A DNA stretch of 64,000 nucleotides from a virus (lineage: Duplodnaviria > Caudoviricetes), in IMG/VR virus record IMGVR_UViG_3300020473_000025, positions 16,293 through 80,292 of that record. One strand, 5' to 3'. Position 1 is the stretch's first letter. Every line of letters starts with the position of its first letter. The notes below the pieces were generated by a model. That model saw only the letters and a program-made list of their open reading frames with translations. It made no database searches and was not told where the DNA came from. This document shows positions 39,048 through 48,492 of the stretch, piece after piece. The position numbers and the translations under genes were made by a program.

Positions 39048-39070
39048 AAACAACTTAACACCTACATTAT
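39048..39070 (+). promoter_or_regulatory. Early promoter, 23-bp duplicate of 34225-34247
   Basis: AAACAACTTAACACCTACATTAT. Confidence 0.7.
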
Positions 39071-39116
39071 CTTAGAGCAACAAATAACATAAGCCCTTTA
39101 CATAGGATAATTAACC

Positions 39117-41177
39117 ATGTCCAATATTAATACATCCGAATTACATCCGGAGTTAATGGGTCTAGGTAATAACTTAGATTCATTTGGTAAACATAACTCA
39201 GCCTCTCGTAGAAAGATGTTCTCATCTCACTTGAGTCAGGCGTTGGTTATTGAGGGTTCGACCCCTAAGCGCATTCAAACAGGTGCTGAGCGTGAGCTTG
39301 GTAAATACACCAAAGCTATAAAGATGCCGGTTGATGCATCTATCATTAAAGTCATTCGGCGCTATCCTCGTCGACCCGGTGCTGATTCTATCAAAGAGAA
39401 TCCAGCCACGGCTATTATCTACGAAGATGTCAATACGCAGGAAGTTGATATCTTGATGGTTGAGAATTATTGCTCCGACCATAATACGTTTGGGTTCCAA
39501 TACTACCCTACAGCGGCAATGGAGAAAATCTACCCAGGAATGCAGGTTCCTAAGGGTACGGTGCTTGCTAAATCCAAGTCGCTTAAGGATGACGGTAACT
39601 ATGCTTATGGCTTAGAAGCAAACGTTGCCTATATGTCTTTACCAGCTACCATTGAGGATGGTTTTATTATCAGTGAGTCTATGGCGGAAAGACTTACTAC
39701 TACCATGACCGGTTCTCGTGTAGCTAGCTGGGGTAAAGAGTATTACCCGCTTAACTTGTACGGTGATGAAAACAATTACAAGCCATTCCCAGACATCGGT
39801 GATAAAATACGTGAAGATGGACTATTGTTCGCTCTGCGTAAATACGATCCAGCGCTTGGGATGGTAGAGATGACGCCTAGGGCGTTGATGACCCCAGACT
39901 ACACGTATGATAAACTAACGTATGTTTCACCTGCTGCAGGTGCGACGGTTTATGACGTCGTGGTTGATATGGATCACAACCTACCCTACAGCATTACACC
40001 TGTAGGGATGAATGCGCAGCCCGATAAGTACATGCGTCTGCGTGATCAGTTTTACGAATATATTTACAATGAATACCGTCGTCTTGCCAAACATCGTGGT
40101 AAGGGTCTTCAATTGTCAGGTAGATTTACTAACTGGGTAACACAGGCGATTGCTAATAAGCCTAATGCCTCGCCCCACAAGGTTACACGCAAGTATCGTT
40201 ACACCCCACTTGACGATCGTCGCGTAGAAATTAAATATGCGAAGAAAGTAAAAGCCACTAAAGGGTTTAAGCTTACTGATAGTTCAGGAAGTAAGGGCGT
40301 TGTAGTAGAAGTATGGGAGGATAGCCGACTACCTGTAGGTCAAAATGGTCTACGTGCAGATGTTATCATGGATCCTATCTCGCCGGTTAAGCGTATTAAC
40401 TTGTCTCAGCTATACGAGCAGTATGTTAATGCAACTAGCCACATGGTGACATGTGTGGTTAGAGATCTGATGAGTAAGGGTGAATACCAGAAAGCATGGG
40501 ATTATTTGAAAGAGTACTACAGTGTAGTATCGCCGCCAATGATTCAAACCATCAACGAGGTGCTAAATAACGATAACCGTATAATTACACACTTACACAC
40601 CATTGCTGCTACGGGTATTTATCTCTACCTTCCTGTGGATAGTATACACATTGGACCTAAATTAATCCAAGACCTCCGCACTAAGTTTCCAGTAGATATA
40701 CAGCCGGTTACTTATTCACCTGATGGTGTTAACCAGGTCACTACAATAGATCCTGTATTAATAGGGTCTAAGTACATGATGTTATTAGAAGCGGCACCAG
40801 ATAACTGGTCATCGGTCTCTACCGCTAAACTACAGCATCATGGCTTACCTGCTAAAGCATCTAAGAGCGACCGCTATGGTTCACCTAACCGTGAGCTACC
40901 TGTGCGTATCATGGGTGAGGATGAAGTTAGACTACTTAATGCTGCCCTAGGATCTGACGTAACTGCCGAACTGTTAGATGCGTCTGCATCGCCGTTAACA
41001 CAGAAAGCTATTATCCGTTCGATCCTTAACGCAGACCAACCGTCTAACATTAATCAAACTGTTAACCGTCGCAAACACCCACTGGGTAGAAGTCGACCAT
41101 TGGAATATGTAAACCACCTATTAAGCTGCGCAGGTGTTAAATTTGTAAGAGGGACGTACGATCATGAGAAAGTTTAA
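39117..41177 (+). CDS. nvRNAP beta subunit C-terminal part (phiKZ gp71/73-like, uninterrupted)
   Basis: SASRRKMFSSHLSQ, IEDGFIISES, GFKLTDSSGSKGVV, ADVIMDP and RIMGEDEVR motifs. Confidence 0.9.
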   Translation: MSNINTSELHPELMGLGNNLDSFGKHNSASRRKMFSSHLSQALVIEGSTPKRIQTGAERELGKYTKAIKMPVDASIIKVIRRYPRRPGADSIKENPATAIIYEDVNTQEVDILMVENYCSDHNTFGFQYYPTAAMEKIYPGMQVPKGTVLAKSKSLKDDGNYAYGLEANVAYMSLPATIEDGFIISESMAERLTTTMTGSRVASWGKEYYPLNLYGDENNYKPFPDIGDKIREDGLLFALRKYDPALGMVEMTPRALMTPDYTYDKLTYVSPAAGATVYDVVVDMDHNLPYSITPVGMNAQPDKYMRLRDQFYEYIYNEYRRLAKHRGKGLQLSGRFTNWVTQAIANKPNASPHKVTRKYRYTPLDDRRVEIKYAKKVKATKGFKLTDSSGSKGVVVEVWEDSRLPVGQNGLRADVIMDPISPVKRINLSQLYEQYVNATSHMVTCVVRDLMSKGEYQKAWDYLKEYYSVVSPPMIQTINEVLNNDNRIITHLHTIAATGIYLYLPVDSIHIGPKLIQDLRTKFPVDIQPVTYSPDGVNQVTTIDPVLIGSKYMMLLEAAPDNWSSVSTAKLQHHGLPAKASKSDRYGSPNRELPVRIMGEDEVRLLNAALGSDVTAELLDASASPLTQKAIIRSILNADQPSNINQTVNRRKHPLGRSRPLEYVNHLLSCAGVKFVRGTYDHEKV

Positions 41178-43140
41178 TGTAAGAGAATTACAAAAGCTTA
41201 ACTCTGAAGAAATGTGGGCAATGGATGATGAGATATTTACTATTATCTTTGATGATGGTGAATTAGTTACCTCTACTCGTCCTACTATTCTAAGTCACTA
41301 CTACTGGGAAATGCAGCGTCATTTCCCAAATGCAACTATACTCAAGCGCCATCATATCGGCAACGGTCATTACACCCCTAAGCTTCATGAGGAGATCTTA
41401 AGTAATGTGTTGTTTGATACGTATTATGCGTTAAACGAAGTAGTTGACATCATGCTACTCAGTCGCATTGCTTATGAGATTACTAATAAACTTTACAACG
41501 ACGCGACCAGTCAACTAGCTGGGTTTGTATCAACGGTAAGTATTTTAGATTACATTGAGATACATAACCATCCAATAACCGCAAAAGTTAGGGATGAGTT
41601 TAAACCCAACGAACGGGCCATTGAACGTGGCTATGAACAGATTAAAGATCTACTGTATAAGAAAGAAGAAGAACTACCTAACAACAACGTTGCTGGGTTC
41701 TGTCATTCTAACGTCTTAAGCGTAGGTCAGATTGTTCAGTCGGTCGCAGCCCGTGGATTTGTAACAGATATCGATAGCCATATCCCGCCTAACCCAATCC
41801 CAACTAGCTACACAGAAGGGATGAATACGCTCCATGATTCGATGATTGAATCACGTTCAGGTTCCAAAGCATCGTTAGCACAGAAAGATCCACTGCAGAC
41901 TACGCAGTATTATAACCGCCGCATGCAGTTGGGTTGTGCGATAATACAAAATCTCCATAAAGGGGATTGTGGAACAACACGTACCGTGAAGTTCCGTGTA
42001 TTGCCACAAAGTGTCAAGGTGTTAGTAGGTAAATATTACTACGACAATGACAACGAGCTAAAGGTGTTCACGGGCGATGAAGATCATTTGATCGGTGAGA
42101 CAATTAAACTGCGTTCACCGCTTGCGTGTGAGCATCCAGACCCTTACGGCGTATGTAGTAAGTGTATGGGTACGGTGGCCGCATCGGTTCCACCAGGTGC
42201 TAATCTAGGTCACGTGGCGGCTGTAGAGCTATGTGCGGTTATCTCGCAAAGCGTACTCTCTATTAAACACTTAGAGGTAAGCTCCGTTGCGATTGAGATT
42301 AGTCTAGATGATCACCATCGTCGCTATCTGCGTCTCAATGCTAAAGGCGATAAGGTATTCATTAGAGATCAAGACCGATACGATCGTATGGAGTTGGTGC
42401 TTAATCACAACGATGTTAAACATATTGGTGATATTAACACAATTGAAGATATTACTGATCTATCATCAAGCCGTATTTCATCGTGTCGTGATATTGTACT
42501 TAATGGGTATCGTGGGGATGAGTTTGAAGATGTGTTATTGTCTGTGTCGTCAGGTAAGAACTATTCTTCACTATCGGGTGCAATGTTAAACTACTTGAAA
42601 GAACATGGCTGGTCTCTGAACGAGAAAGGGTTCTATGTTTGTGACCTTAGTCATTGGGACTTCAATGAACCTGCGTTTATTCTTCCAATGAAACACATGA
42701 ACATGTTGGAGTATATGGATGTCATTAAGACATTTATTGAATCATCAAGTTCGCAGGAAGATAAAAGCGCAAGCATGTCTAGCCGTACAACGAAGAAGCC
42801 TAGAGATGATAAGCGTAGCCGTATCGTTAATTGCGATTCATTGTCTCAAGCTTTGATGGACTTACATGTGTTGGTGTCTGAAAAGTTGGGTGTTAACGTG
42901 GTGCATCTGGAAATTATCATCCTGTCAATTTTAGCACGCGACCCTGATCGTATGGATCACCGTCTGCCGCGTCCTCAAGATCAAAAGGTCTTTGGAACGT
43001 ATAAGCAGAATATGGAACTTAGATCGTTAACAGGCCAGGCTGCATGGATGAACCAGGCACAGATGATGATATCACCAACGTCGTTTGCTCTGACTAATCG
43101 ACCTAAGCATCCAATGGATACGGTGTTCATGGGTAAATAA
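41164..43140 (+). CDS. nvRNAP beta' subunit C-terminal part (phiKZ gp74-like)
   Basis: RGFVTDI, bridge helix ESRSGSKA..QYYNRR, Zn ligands DC..C..CSKC, and SQSVLSIKH. Confidence 0.9.
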   Translation: MRKFNVRELQKLNSEEMWAMDDEIFTIIFDDGELVTSTRPTILSHYYWEMQRHFPNATILKRHHIGNGHYTPKLHEEILSNVLFDTYYALNEVVDIMLLSRIAYEITNKLYNDATSQLAGFVSTVSILDYIEIHNHPITAKVRDEFKPNERAIERGYEQIKDLLYKKEEELPNNNVAGFCHSNVLSVGQIVQSVAARGFVTDIDSHIPPNPIPTSYTEGMNTLHDSMIESRSGSKASLAQKDPLQTTQYYNRRMQLGCAIIQNLHKGDCGTTRTVKFRVLPQSVKVLVGKYYYDNDNELKVFTGDEDHLIGETIKLRSPLACEHPDPYGVCSKCMGTVAASVPPGANLGHVAAVELCAVISQSVLSIKHLEVSSVAIEISLDDHHRRYLRLNAKGDKVFIRDQDRYDRMELVLNHNDVKHIGDINTIEDITDLSSSRISSCRDIVLNGYRGDEFEDVLLSVSSGKNYSSLSGAMLNYLKEHGWSLNEKGFYVCDLSHWDFNEPAFILPMKHMNMLEYMDVIKTFIESSSSQEDKSASMSSRTTKKPRDDKRSRIVNCDSLSQALMDLHVLVSEKLGVNVVHLEIIILSILARDPDRMDHRLPRPQDQKVFGTYKQNMELRSLTGQAAWMNQAQMMISPTSFALTNRPKHPMDTVFMGK

Positions 43141-43159
43141 AACAATAAAGGAGGGCATC

Positions 43160-45721
43160 GTGCCAACTCAGTATTACGCACATGTGGATGTAAAAAGTCA
43201 CCATGTACGGTTCCACACCATGATGCCAGAGTGTAAACGCGCCCTCTATGATTATTGCGAGCGGTTAATCGATTATGACCAAGGGTACGATCCTCGTACC
43301 CATAGTTACTATAAGATACCTAAGCGTGTCTTTGCCGCATCACCGCATGATCGTAGAGAGCTGCGTTTCCATATTAACCAGTATAAAGATATACTTACAC
43401 ACCTTAACGTAAAGGGAATCAAAACCGAACAATTATTAATCGAGCACTTTACTCCGGTAGAGGGTGATGATGTTACTAGTTTTGTAATAGACGACGACAT
43501 TCAACCCTACGAGTACCAATTGCCAGTTATTGACCATTTCCTTACACCCGGTGTGAGTAAGATAACCAATGCGCCAACGGGTAGTGGTAAGATGCAACCA
43601 TTAGACAGTCTAATTAAGATACCTGGTGGTTGGAAACAAATGGGAGATATACAGGTAGGAGATAAGATCACAGCACCTGACGGTCACGACACTTTTGTAA
43701 ATGGCGTATTCCCTCAAGGGAAAATGCAGATTTATAAAGTTACGTTTGCAGATGGTCGATCAACTGAGGTTGGAGGTGAACATCTTTGGAAAATGTTTAT
43801 TGCTAACTACCATGATGCTGATAAGCGGTGGCGTATCGGTGATACCTTTGAGATGATGCGTGAACTTAAACGCTCACAGCCTAGAGTATATATACCGTTA
43901 ATCCAGCCTGAGCAGGGTGAATACAAAGAACTGCCCATTCATCCATGGACACTCGGTGCTATGTTGGGTGACGGTTGTTTTACTACCACGCCCCCCACAT
44001 TCACTACTACCTATGTAGATATTTTCCATAAGCTATCAACATTGTTACCAGAACACGTCACATTAAGTTGTGGTGCAAACGGGCGAACTATTGGTTTTGG
44101 AAACAGCCATGTGTTTAGAGATTACTTCAAACACTTAGGACTATGGGGCTGTCGTTCCGCTGATAAATTCATCCCTAAGATGTATTTAGAAGCTTCCGTA
44201 GAGCAGCGCTATGCGTTACTCCAGGGTTTAATGGATACCGATGGAGGTATTGATGTTAATTCATCCATGGACTACTCAAGTGTGTCTGAACAACTGGCCA
44301 AGGACGTTCAATACTTAGTCAGAAGTCTAGGGGGGATTGCAAAACTATCTAAGCGTCAAACCCACTATACCTATAAAGGAGAAAGGAAACCTGGCCAACC
44401 TAGCTTTAGAGTTAACATTCGCCATCCTAAACCATCTTCATTGTTTACTGTCCCTCATAAACTCGAAAGAGCCAATGACAACAGTCAGTATGCTAAGGGA
44501 TTGAAGTTAAGAGTGGTGAATGTAGAGCCATCCCGAATGGCAGATGCGCAGTGTATATCGGTTACACACAAGGATCATCTTTACGTAACTGATGATTTTG
44601 TGGTTACTCATAATACCATGATGTCTTTATATTCTACATGGATGATAAAGAAAAGAACCATCCTGGTTGTGCCTGCTAAGTACATCACCGAAGGTAAATG
44701 GATTGGTGATATCACTAAGACATTAAATGTACCTAGGGAAAAACTGTGTGTGGTGAAAGGATCTAAAGCCATGCGGGCGCTTATCGATTTAGGATTAGCA
44801 GATGCCTTGGAATATGATTTTATCATTATATCAGCGACTACCATGTATAACTTCTACAAGGCGTATGAGGAAGGAAAGCTGGAGGAAGAAGGGTATAACT
44901 GCGACCCCGATGAATTGTACACGGTTACTAAAACAGGGCTACGCGTAATAGATGAAGTGCATGAGAACTTCCATCTCAACTTTACGCAGGATCTGTACGG
45001 TCATGTGGCTAAGACGATTTACATGTCAGCGACGTTAGTTTCTGATAATGCTTTCATTAATTCAATGTTAGAAGTTGCCTATCCTGTTGGCGAACGTATA
45101 ACACCGGATTATGATGGCAAATATATCGCCTGTACAGCCCTCACATACCGTTGTAACAAGGTAGAGCTACTATCGCATAAGCGACGTAAGATGTACTCTC
45201 AGATGCTCTTTGAGGCGTCTATATTGAAGAAGAAGTTTCGTAGTGAAGCTTACGCTGAAATGATCTATGATATCGTGCTTAATGAATACATCAGTATCCG
45301 TGAGCCGGGGCAGAAGATGATGATCTTTGCCGATACCATAGAGATGTGTACCTATCTAACATCGTTTATAAAGCCACGTTTGACTGACTTAACTGTCAAT
45401 AGGTTTGTGGGTGAGGATCCAGATGAGTATCTTTATGAATCTGATGTAATCATTACTACACCTAAGTCTGCAGGTACTGCGGTAGATATCAAAGGACTTA
45501 AAGTTACCTTACTGACATCTGCAATTGGCTCACGTCAATTAAACGCGCAGATACTGGGTCGTTTGAGAAAGCTAAGAGGTTTTGAAGATAACGTACCACG
45601 TTTCTTCTACTTAGTTTGCGAGGATATAGATTCTCATGTTAAGTACCATGAAAGAAAACTTGCTACTTTCTCAGATAAAGTTAAAACTCACCGTACGCTG
45701 CAAACTGCGTATGTGCTATAA
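43160..45721 (+). CDS. SF2 (DExH) helicase, phiKZ gp75-like, intein-containing
   Basis: APTGSGK|intein|T, IDEVH, MSAT and QILGRLR; GTG start with AAAGGAGG SD. Confidence 0.9.
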   Translation: MPTQYYAHVDVKSHHVRFHTMMPECKRALYDYCERLIDYDQGYDPRTHSYYKIPKRVFAASPHDRRELRFHINQYKDILTHLNVKGIKTEQLLIEHFTPVEGDDVTSFVIDDDIQPYEYQLPVIDHFLTPGVSKITNAPTGSGKMQPLDSLIKIPGGWKQMGDIQVGDKITAPDGHDTFVNGVFPQGKMQIYKVTFADGRSTEVGGEHLWKMFIANYHDADKRWRIGDTFEMMRELKRSQPRVYIPLIQPEQGEYKELPIHPWTLGAMLGDGCFTTTPPTFTTTYVDIFHKLSTLLPEHVTLSCGANGRTIGFGNSHVFRDYFKHLGLWGCRSADKFIPKMYLEASVEQRYALLQGLMDTDGGIDVNSSMDYSSVSEQLAKDVQYLVRSLGGIAKLSKRQTHYTYKGERKPGQPSFRVNIRHPKPSSLFTVPHKLERANDNSQYAKGLKLRVVNVEPSRMADAQCISVTHKDHLYVTDDFVVTHNTMMSLYSTWMIKKRTILVVPAKYITEGKWIGDITKTLNVPREKLCVVKGSKAMRALIDLGLADALEYDFIIISATTMYNFYKAYEEGKLEEEGYNCDPDELYTVTKTGLRVIDEVHENFHLNFTQDLYGHVAKTIYMSATLVSDNAFINSMLEVAYPVGERITPDYDGKYIACTALTYRCNKVELLSHKRRKMYSQMLFEASILKKKFRSEAYAEMIYDIVLNEYISIREPGQKMMIFADTIEMCTYLTSFIKPRLTDLTVNRFVGEDPDEYLYESDVIITTPKSAGTAVDIKGLKVTLLTSAIGSRQLNAQILGRLRKLRGFEDNVPRFFYLVCEDIDSHVKYHERKLATFSDKVKTHRTLQTAYVL
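43592..44614 (+). mobile_element. Intein (341 aa, class-3 signature) with LAGLIDADG endonuclease
   Basis: MQPLDSLI...GGEHLW...LGAMLGDG...LQGLMDTDG...AQCISV...VVTHN|T; removing it restores the Walker A GKT. Confidence 0.92.
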
Positions 45722-45730
45722 GAAGAGATC

Positions 45731-45835
45731 ATGCCAACAACAGGTAGTAGTAATCGTCCCTATAAGACAGCCTCAAAACAATTAAGTCCCAAGGTGCTAG
45801 CCGTGCTTAACCGTAGACTTAAAAAGTTAAAGTAG
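45731..45835 (+). CDS. Small basic peptide (34 aa)
   Basis: MPTTGSSNRPYKTASKQLSPKVLAVLNRRLKKLK fills the gap between the helicase stop and a terminator; weak SD (GAG). Confidence 0.4.
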   Translation: MPTTGSSNRPYKTASKQLSPKVLAVLNRRLKKLK

Positions 45836-45892
45836 ACGTATCTAGGCTCACCTCCTTTTGGGGGTGAGCCTATGACCTATAAGGAGTTTTTT

Positions 45893-46716
45893 ATGTTGTA
45901 TCATCTTGTTAATGGTGAGCAGGTTTCAGACCCTGAACCGTTCCCAGGTGAAGACATCTGTGTGATGATGATAGACAGCGACGTTTGCAAAATAGAAACC
46001 GTACCCTTTAATTCATTATTTACCATCGATAACTATAACGGCCTCTATACGGTTATAAAAGTAAATGAGGTAGCCGCTATCTCCCAGGTAGAAGGCATTG
46101 CTATACCTGATAAAATTTACGATGTCATGCAGTTAGATGATCTAGTTACTGTACTTTACATGTCAGGTAATGAGATAAGGTATAGAAAACTAATTATAAG
46201 TAACTCATATTCTGAATACACGCTGATTAAAGATGGGCTAGTAGCGTTAAACAACCATCCGTTTCCTACTTTAGAAACAGTAGATAGCGTTAGAGTATAT
46301 AAGCGATTAAATCATGATGGTTTCACATCACAAAACTTTACGTTATCTACTAAAGAACGCATCACCGGTAACCACCCACTACGTCCACGTGGAATAAATT
46401 CAATCACGTCTTATCAAGATGGATGTATGATAGATGTTGAGTTTACCAATGGGGTCAAGGTTTATAGAAGAGAACTGACTATTACCCCTAACCAAAATAC
46501 TAACACCGTAGATGTAGATAGGGGGGAGTAGCATCATGGCACTCCGACTACGTATTTAAATCTAATTTAGCCTCTGTTAAAGCACACGGTATGGCGGTGT
46601 TATTTACTTATGTAGATATAGATAAAGATGGTCGTATTAATACTAATTCATTTAGACTAGAATATGTTACTGGTGGTGAAGTATTTGTAAAAGAGTTTAA
46701 TACAGCAACATCTTGA
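45893..46716 (+). pseudogene. Beta-rich repeat protein interrupted by a frameshift at a G6 tract
   Basis: Frame 1 stops at 46531; the -1 frame from the G6 run (46521-46526) stays open to TGA 46716 and repeats the same sequence pattern. Confidence 0.55.
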
Positions 46717-46776
46717 CGGCATAGAGGAAGAGCTAGCGCTACGCTAGCTCTTCCTAGTTATGCGCTTTCTTTTTTT
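46716..46776. terminator. Bidirectional terminator
   Basis: ACGGCATA + AGGAAGAGCTAGCG/CGCTAGCTCTTCCT stem + TATGCG + T-tract. Confidence 0.8.
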
Positions 46777-47185
46777 ATTTGAATATCTTACCTAACAGCA
46801 TCTTAATGGCAACCATCAGGATGTTGTTAATTAGATAGCCACTGAAGTGATGGGACATCTCATCTTTCTTCAGCCATTTCAAATAAATATTATCAATGAC
46901 TTCGCCATCATACTCCAACACTAAATGACCAATGTAATCTTTCTCGGTCAAACAACGCCAGAACTTAGCTTTAAACAACAATATGCCTGTCCAAAACTTC
47001 CAGTAGCTCTCCCCGCAGATGTACCACCATACAGTAACTGCAAAATCATCACAGTCACCACGGTAGTGTCCGGTTTCATCCATCTCTAATATACGCCAAC
47101 TGTCAACCTTAGAGTCGTATTTATATTTAAAACGAATGATAAGGTTTTTAATTTTACGTTGCGCTTCTTCACTAATACGCGGCAT
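46775..47185 (-). CDS. Transglutaminase-like cysteine proteinase (BTLCP-like)
   Basis: GDCDDFA, GHLVL and VIDN give a Cys-His-Asp triad. Confidence 0.7.
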   Translation of the reverse strand: MPRISEEAQRKIKNLIIRFKYKYDSKVDSWRILEMDETGHYRGDCDDFAVTVWWYICGESYWKFWTGILLFKAKFWRCLTEKDYIGHLVLEYDGEVIDNIYLKWLKKDEMSHHFSGYLINNILMVAIKMLLGKIFK

Positions 47186-47245
47186 ACTGCTTCCCCTAAA
47201 TTGATTCTATTATTAATTTTCCAATGTATTTATTATTGGATTGCT

Positions 47246-48157
47246 TTACAGCTTGACCCCATCAATTACGAGCGTAACTACTGTATTGATGAGATGGTCA
47301 ATTGGGTTTTCTATTACTACGTCTCCGTGATCTGGTAGGTAGATCGAACAACCCAGCTCGTTTAAATAAAAATGAAAATCAAACAATTCAAATATGTTCG
47401 TGTTAAGTTTATTAGCTTCTTTAAACTTAACAGGTTCATCGATGGCCTCTTGATATAGATCTTCATCGCTATTTGATTCGTCAAATACTTCAAAGTGGGG
47501 CCAGTAGTTTTCGTTCTTATCAAGTTCATTAACTTTTAAGAGTAATTCCTCACAGAACGTTAGAAGTGATAATATATCCCCCCCACCTAATACAATATCC
47601 TCATCATAGTCGCTAACACGAGAATCGATTTGTAATTCTGGACTATATAGGCCGTTAGTTACAACAATACCGCCTACTCGCCCCTTGAAAACAGGCTGGA
47701 TGAGTGATGGATAATATTTATTGAACTTATCTTCAATGTTCTCTTTCAACCAACGATGAACACCTTCTAAGTCGCCTCTGTCCGGGTGTAATATATTCTC
47801 AATAAGTTTTGTGCTCTCTATGACGTCTAACCAATTTTGTTTGATCTTAATCCATTCTTCGCAAAACGCAATATAATCCATATAGCCGCGTTTTAACTTA
47901 TCAAAATCGTTTGTAATTTTACCATCAACGCTCAAAAGCACCGCCCTATCTTTAGGAAAGATAAATTGCTTTTCCTTTACCTTCTCGCGGAACTTCTTGT
48001 TATCAAGTTTTTTGATGAATTTGAGGATCTTAATGTGGGTAGCATTGACACCCTCAATATCATCATACGTCTTTAAAACCTTATCATGGACAAGATCTAT
48101 CAACCAATCTACTATGCTCTCATTAGACGCGCGTGCGGCTTCTCTAATAATATTCAT
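47246..48157 (-). CDS. Probable processed head protein
   Basis: 303 aa; short propeptide ending ASNE|SIVDWL; AT-rich. Confidence 0.5.
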   Translation of the reverse strand: MNIIREAARASNESIVDWLIDLVHDKVLKTYDDIEGVNATHIKILKFIKKLDNKKFREKVKEKQFIFPKDRAVLLSVDGKITNDFDKLKRGYMDYIAFCEEWIKIKQNWLDVIESTKLIENILHPDRGDLEGVHRWLKENIEDKFNKYYPSLIQPVFKGRVGGIVVTNGLYSPELQIDSRVSDYDEDIVLGGGDILSLLTFCEELLLKVNELDKNENYWPHFEVFDESNSDEDLYQEAIDEPVKFKEANKLNTNIFELFDFHFYLNELGCSIYLPDHGDVVIENPIDHLINTVVTLVIDGVKL

Positions 48158-48173
48158 TATATTCCTTTTATAA

Positions 48174-48479
48174 CTAAATTAATTCTACTGTTAATTCAAC
48201 ATAGATACCCGGCCTATGGCTAGGTATCTGACGTATCCACTTTAATTCAGGTGTTCTTAACATCGTTCCTAAAATAATAGGGTCTTCTGTTAACAACTCT
48301 TTAATTAAGGCACTTATATAGAACTGATCACGTATAACAATCCAGCGTTTAACGTGTAGCTCTATCATGGAACTCAGTTTACCTATAGGGTCGGTTACTA
48401 GTTCATCTTTTTCAAAAAACTGACGGTGGGTGCGTGTTTCCTTAGCACCCTTTAACTCATAATCGAGTTTAACTTTCAT
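48174..48479 (-). CDS. Hypothetical protein
   Basis: 101 aa ORF within the operon. Confidence 0.55.
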   Translation of the reverse strand: MKVKLDYELKGAKETRTHRQFFEKDELVTDPIGKLSSMIELHVKRWIVIRDQFYISALIKELLTEDPIILGTMLRTPELKWIRQIPSHRPGIYVELTVELI

Positions 48480-48492
48480 TTATCTATTCCAA

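Noticed and set aside
39117-41177. Intron in the nvRNAP beta gene, as in phiKZ gp71/73
   Set aside because: The ORF is continuous and I see no group I core motifs. The H-to-S change in DSSGSKG leaves both conserved lysines, so it was not treated as significant.
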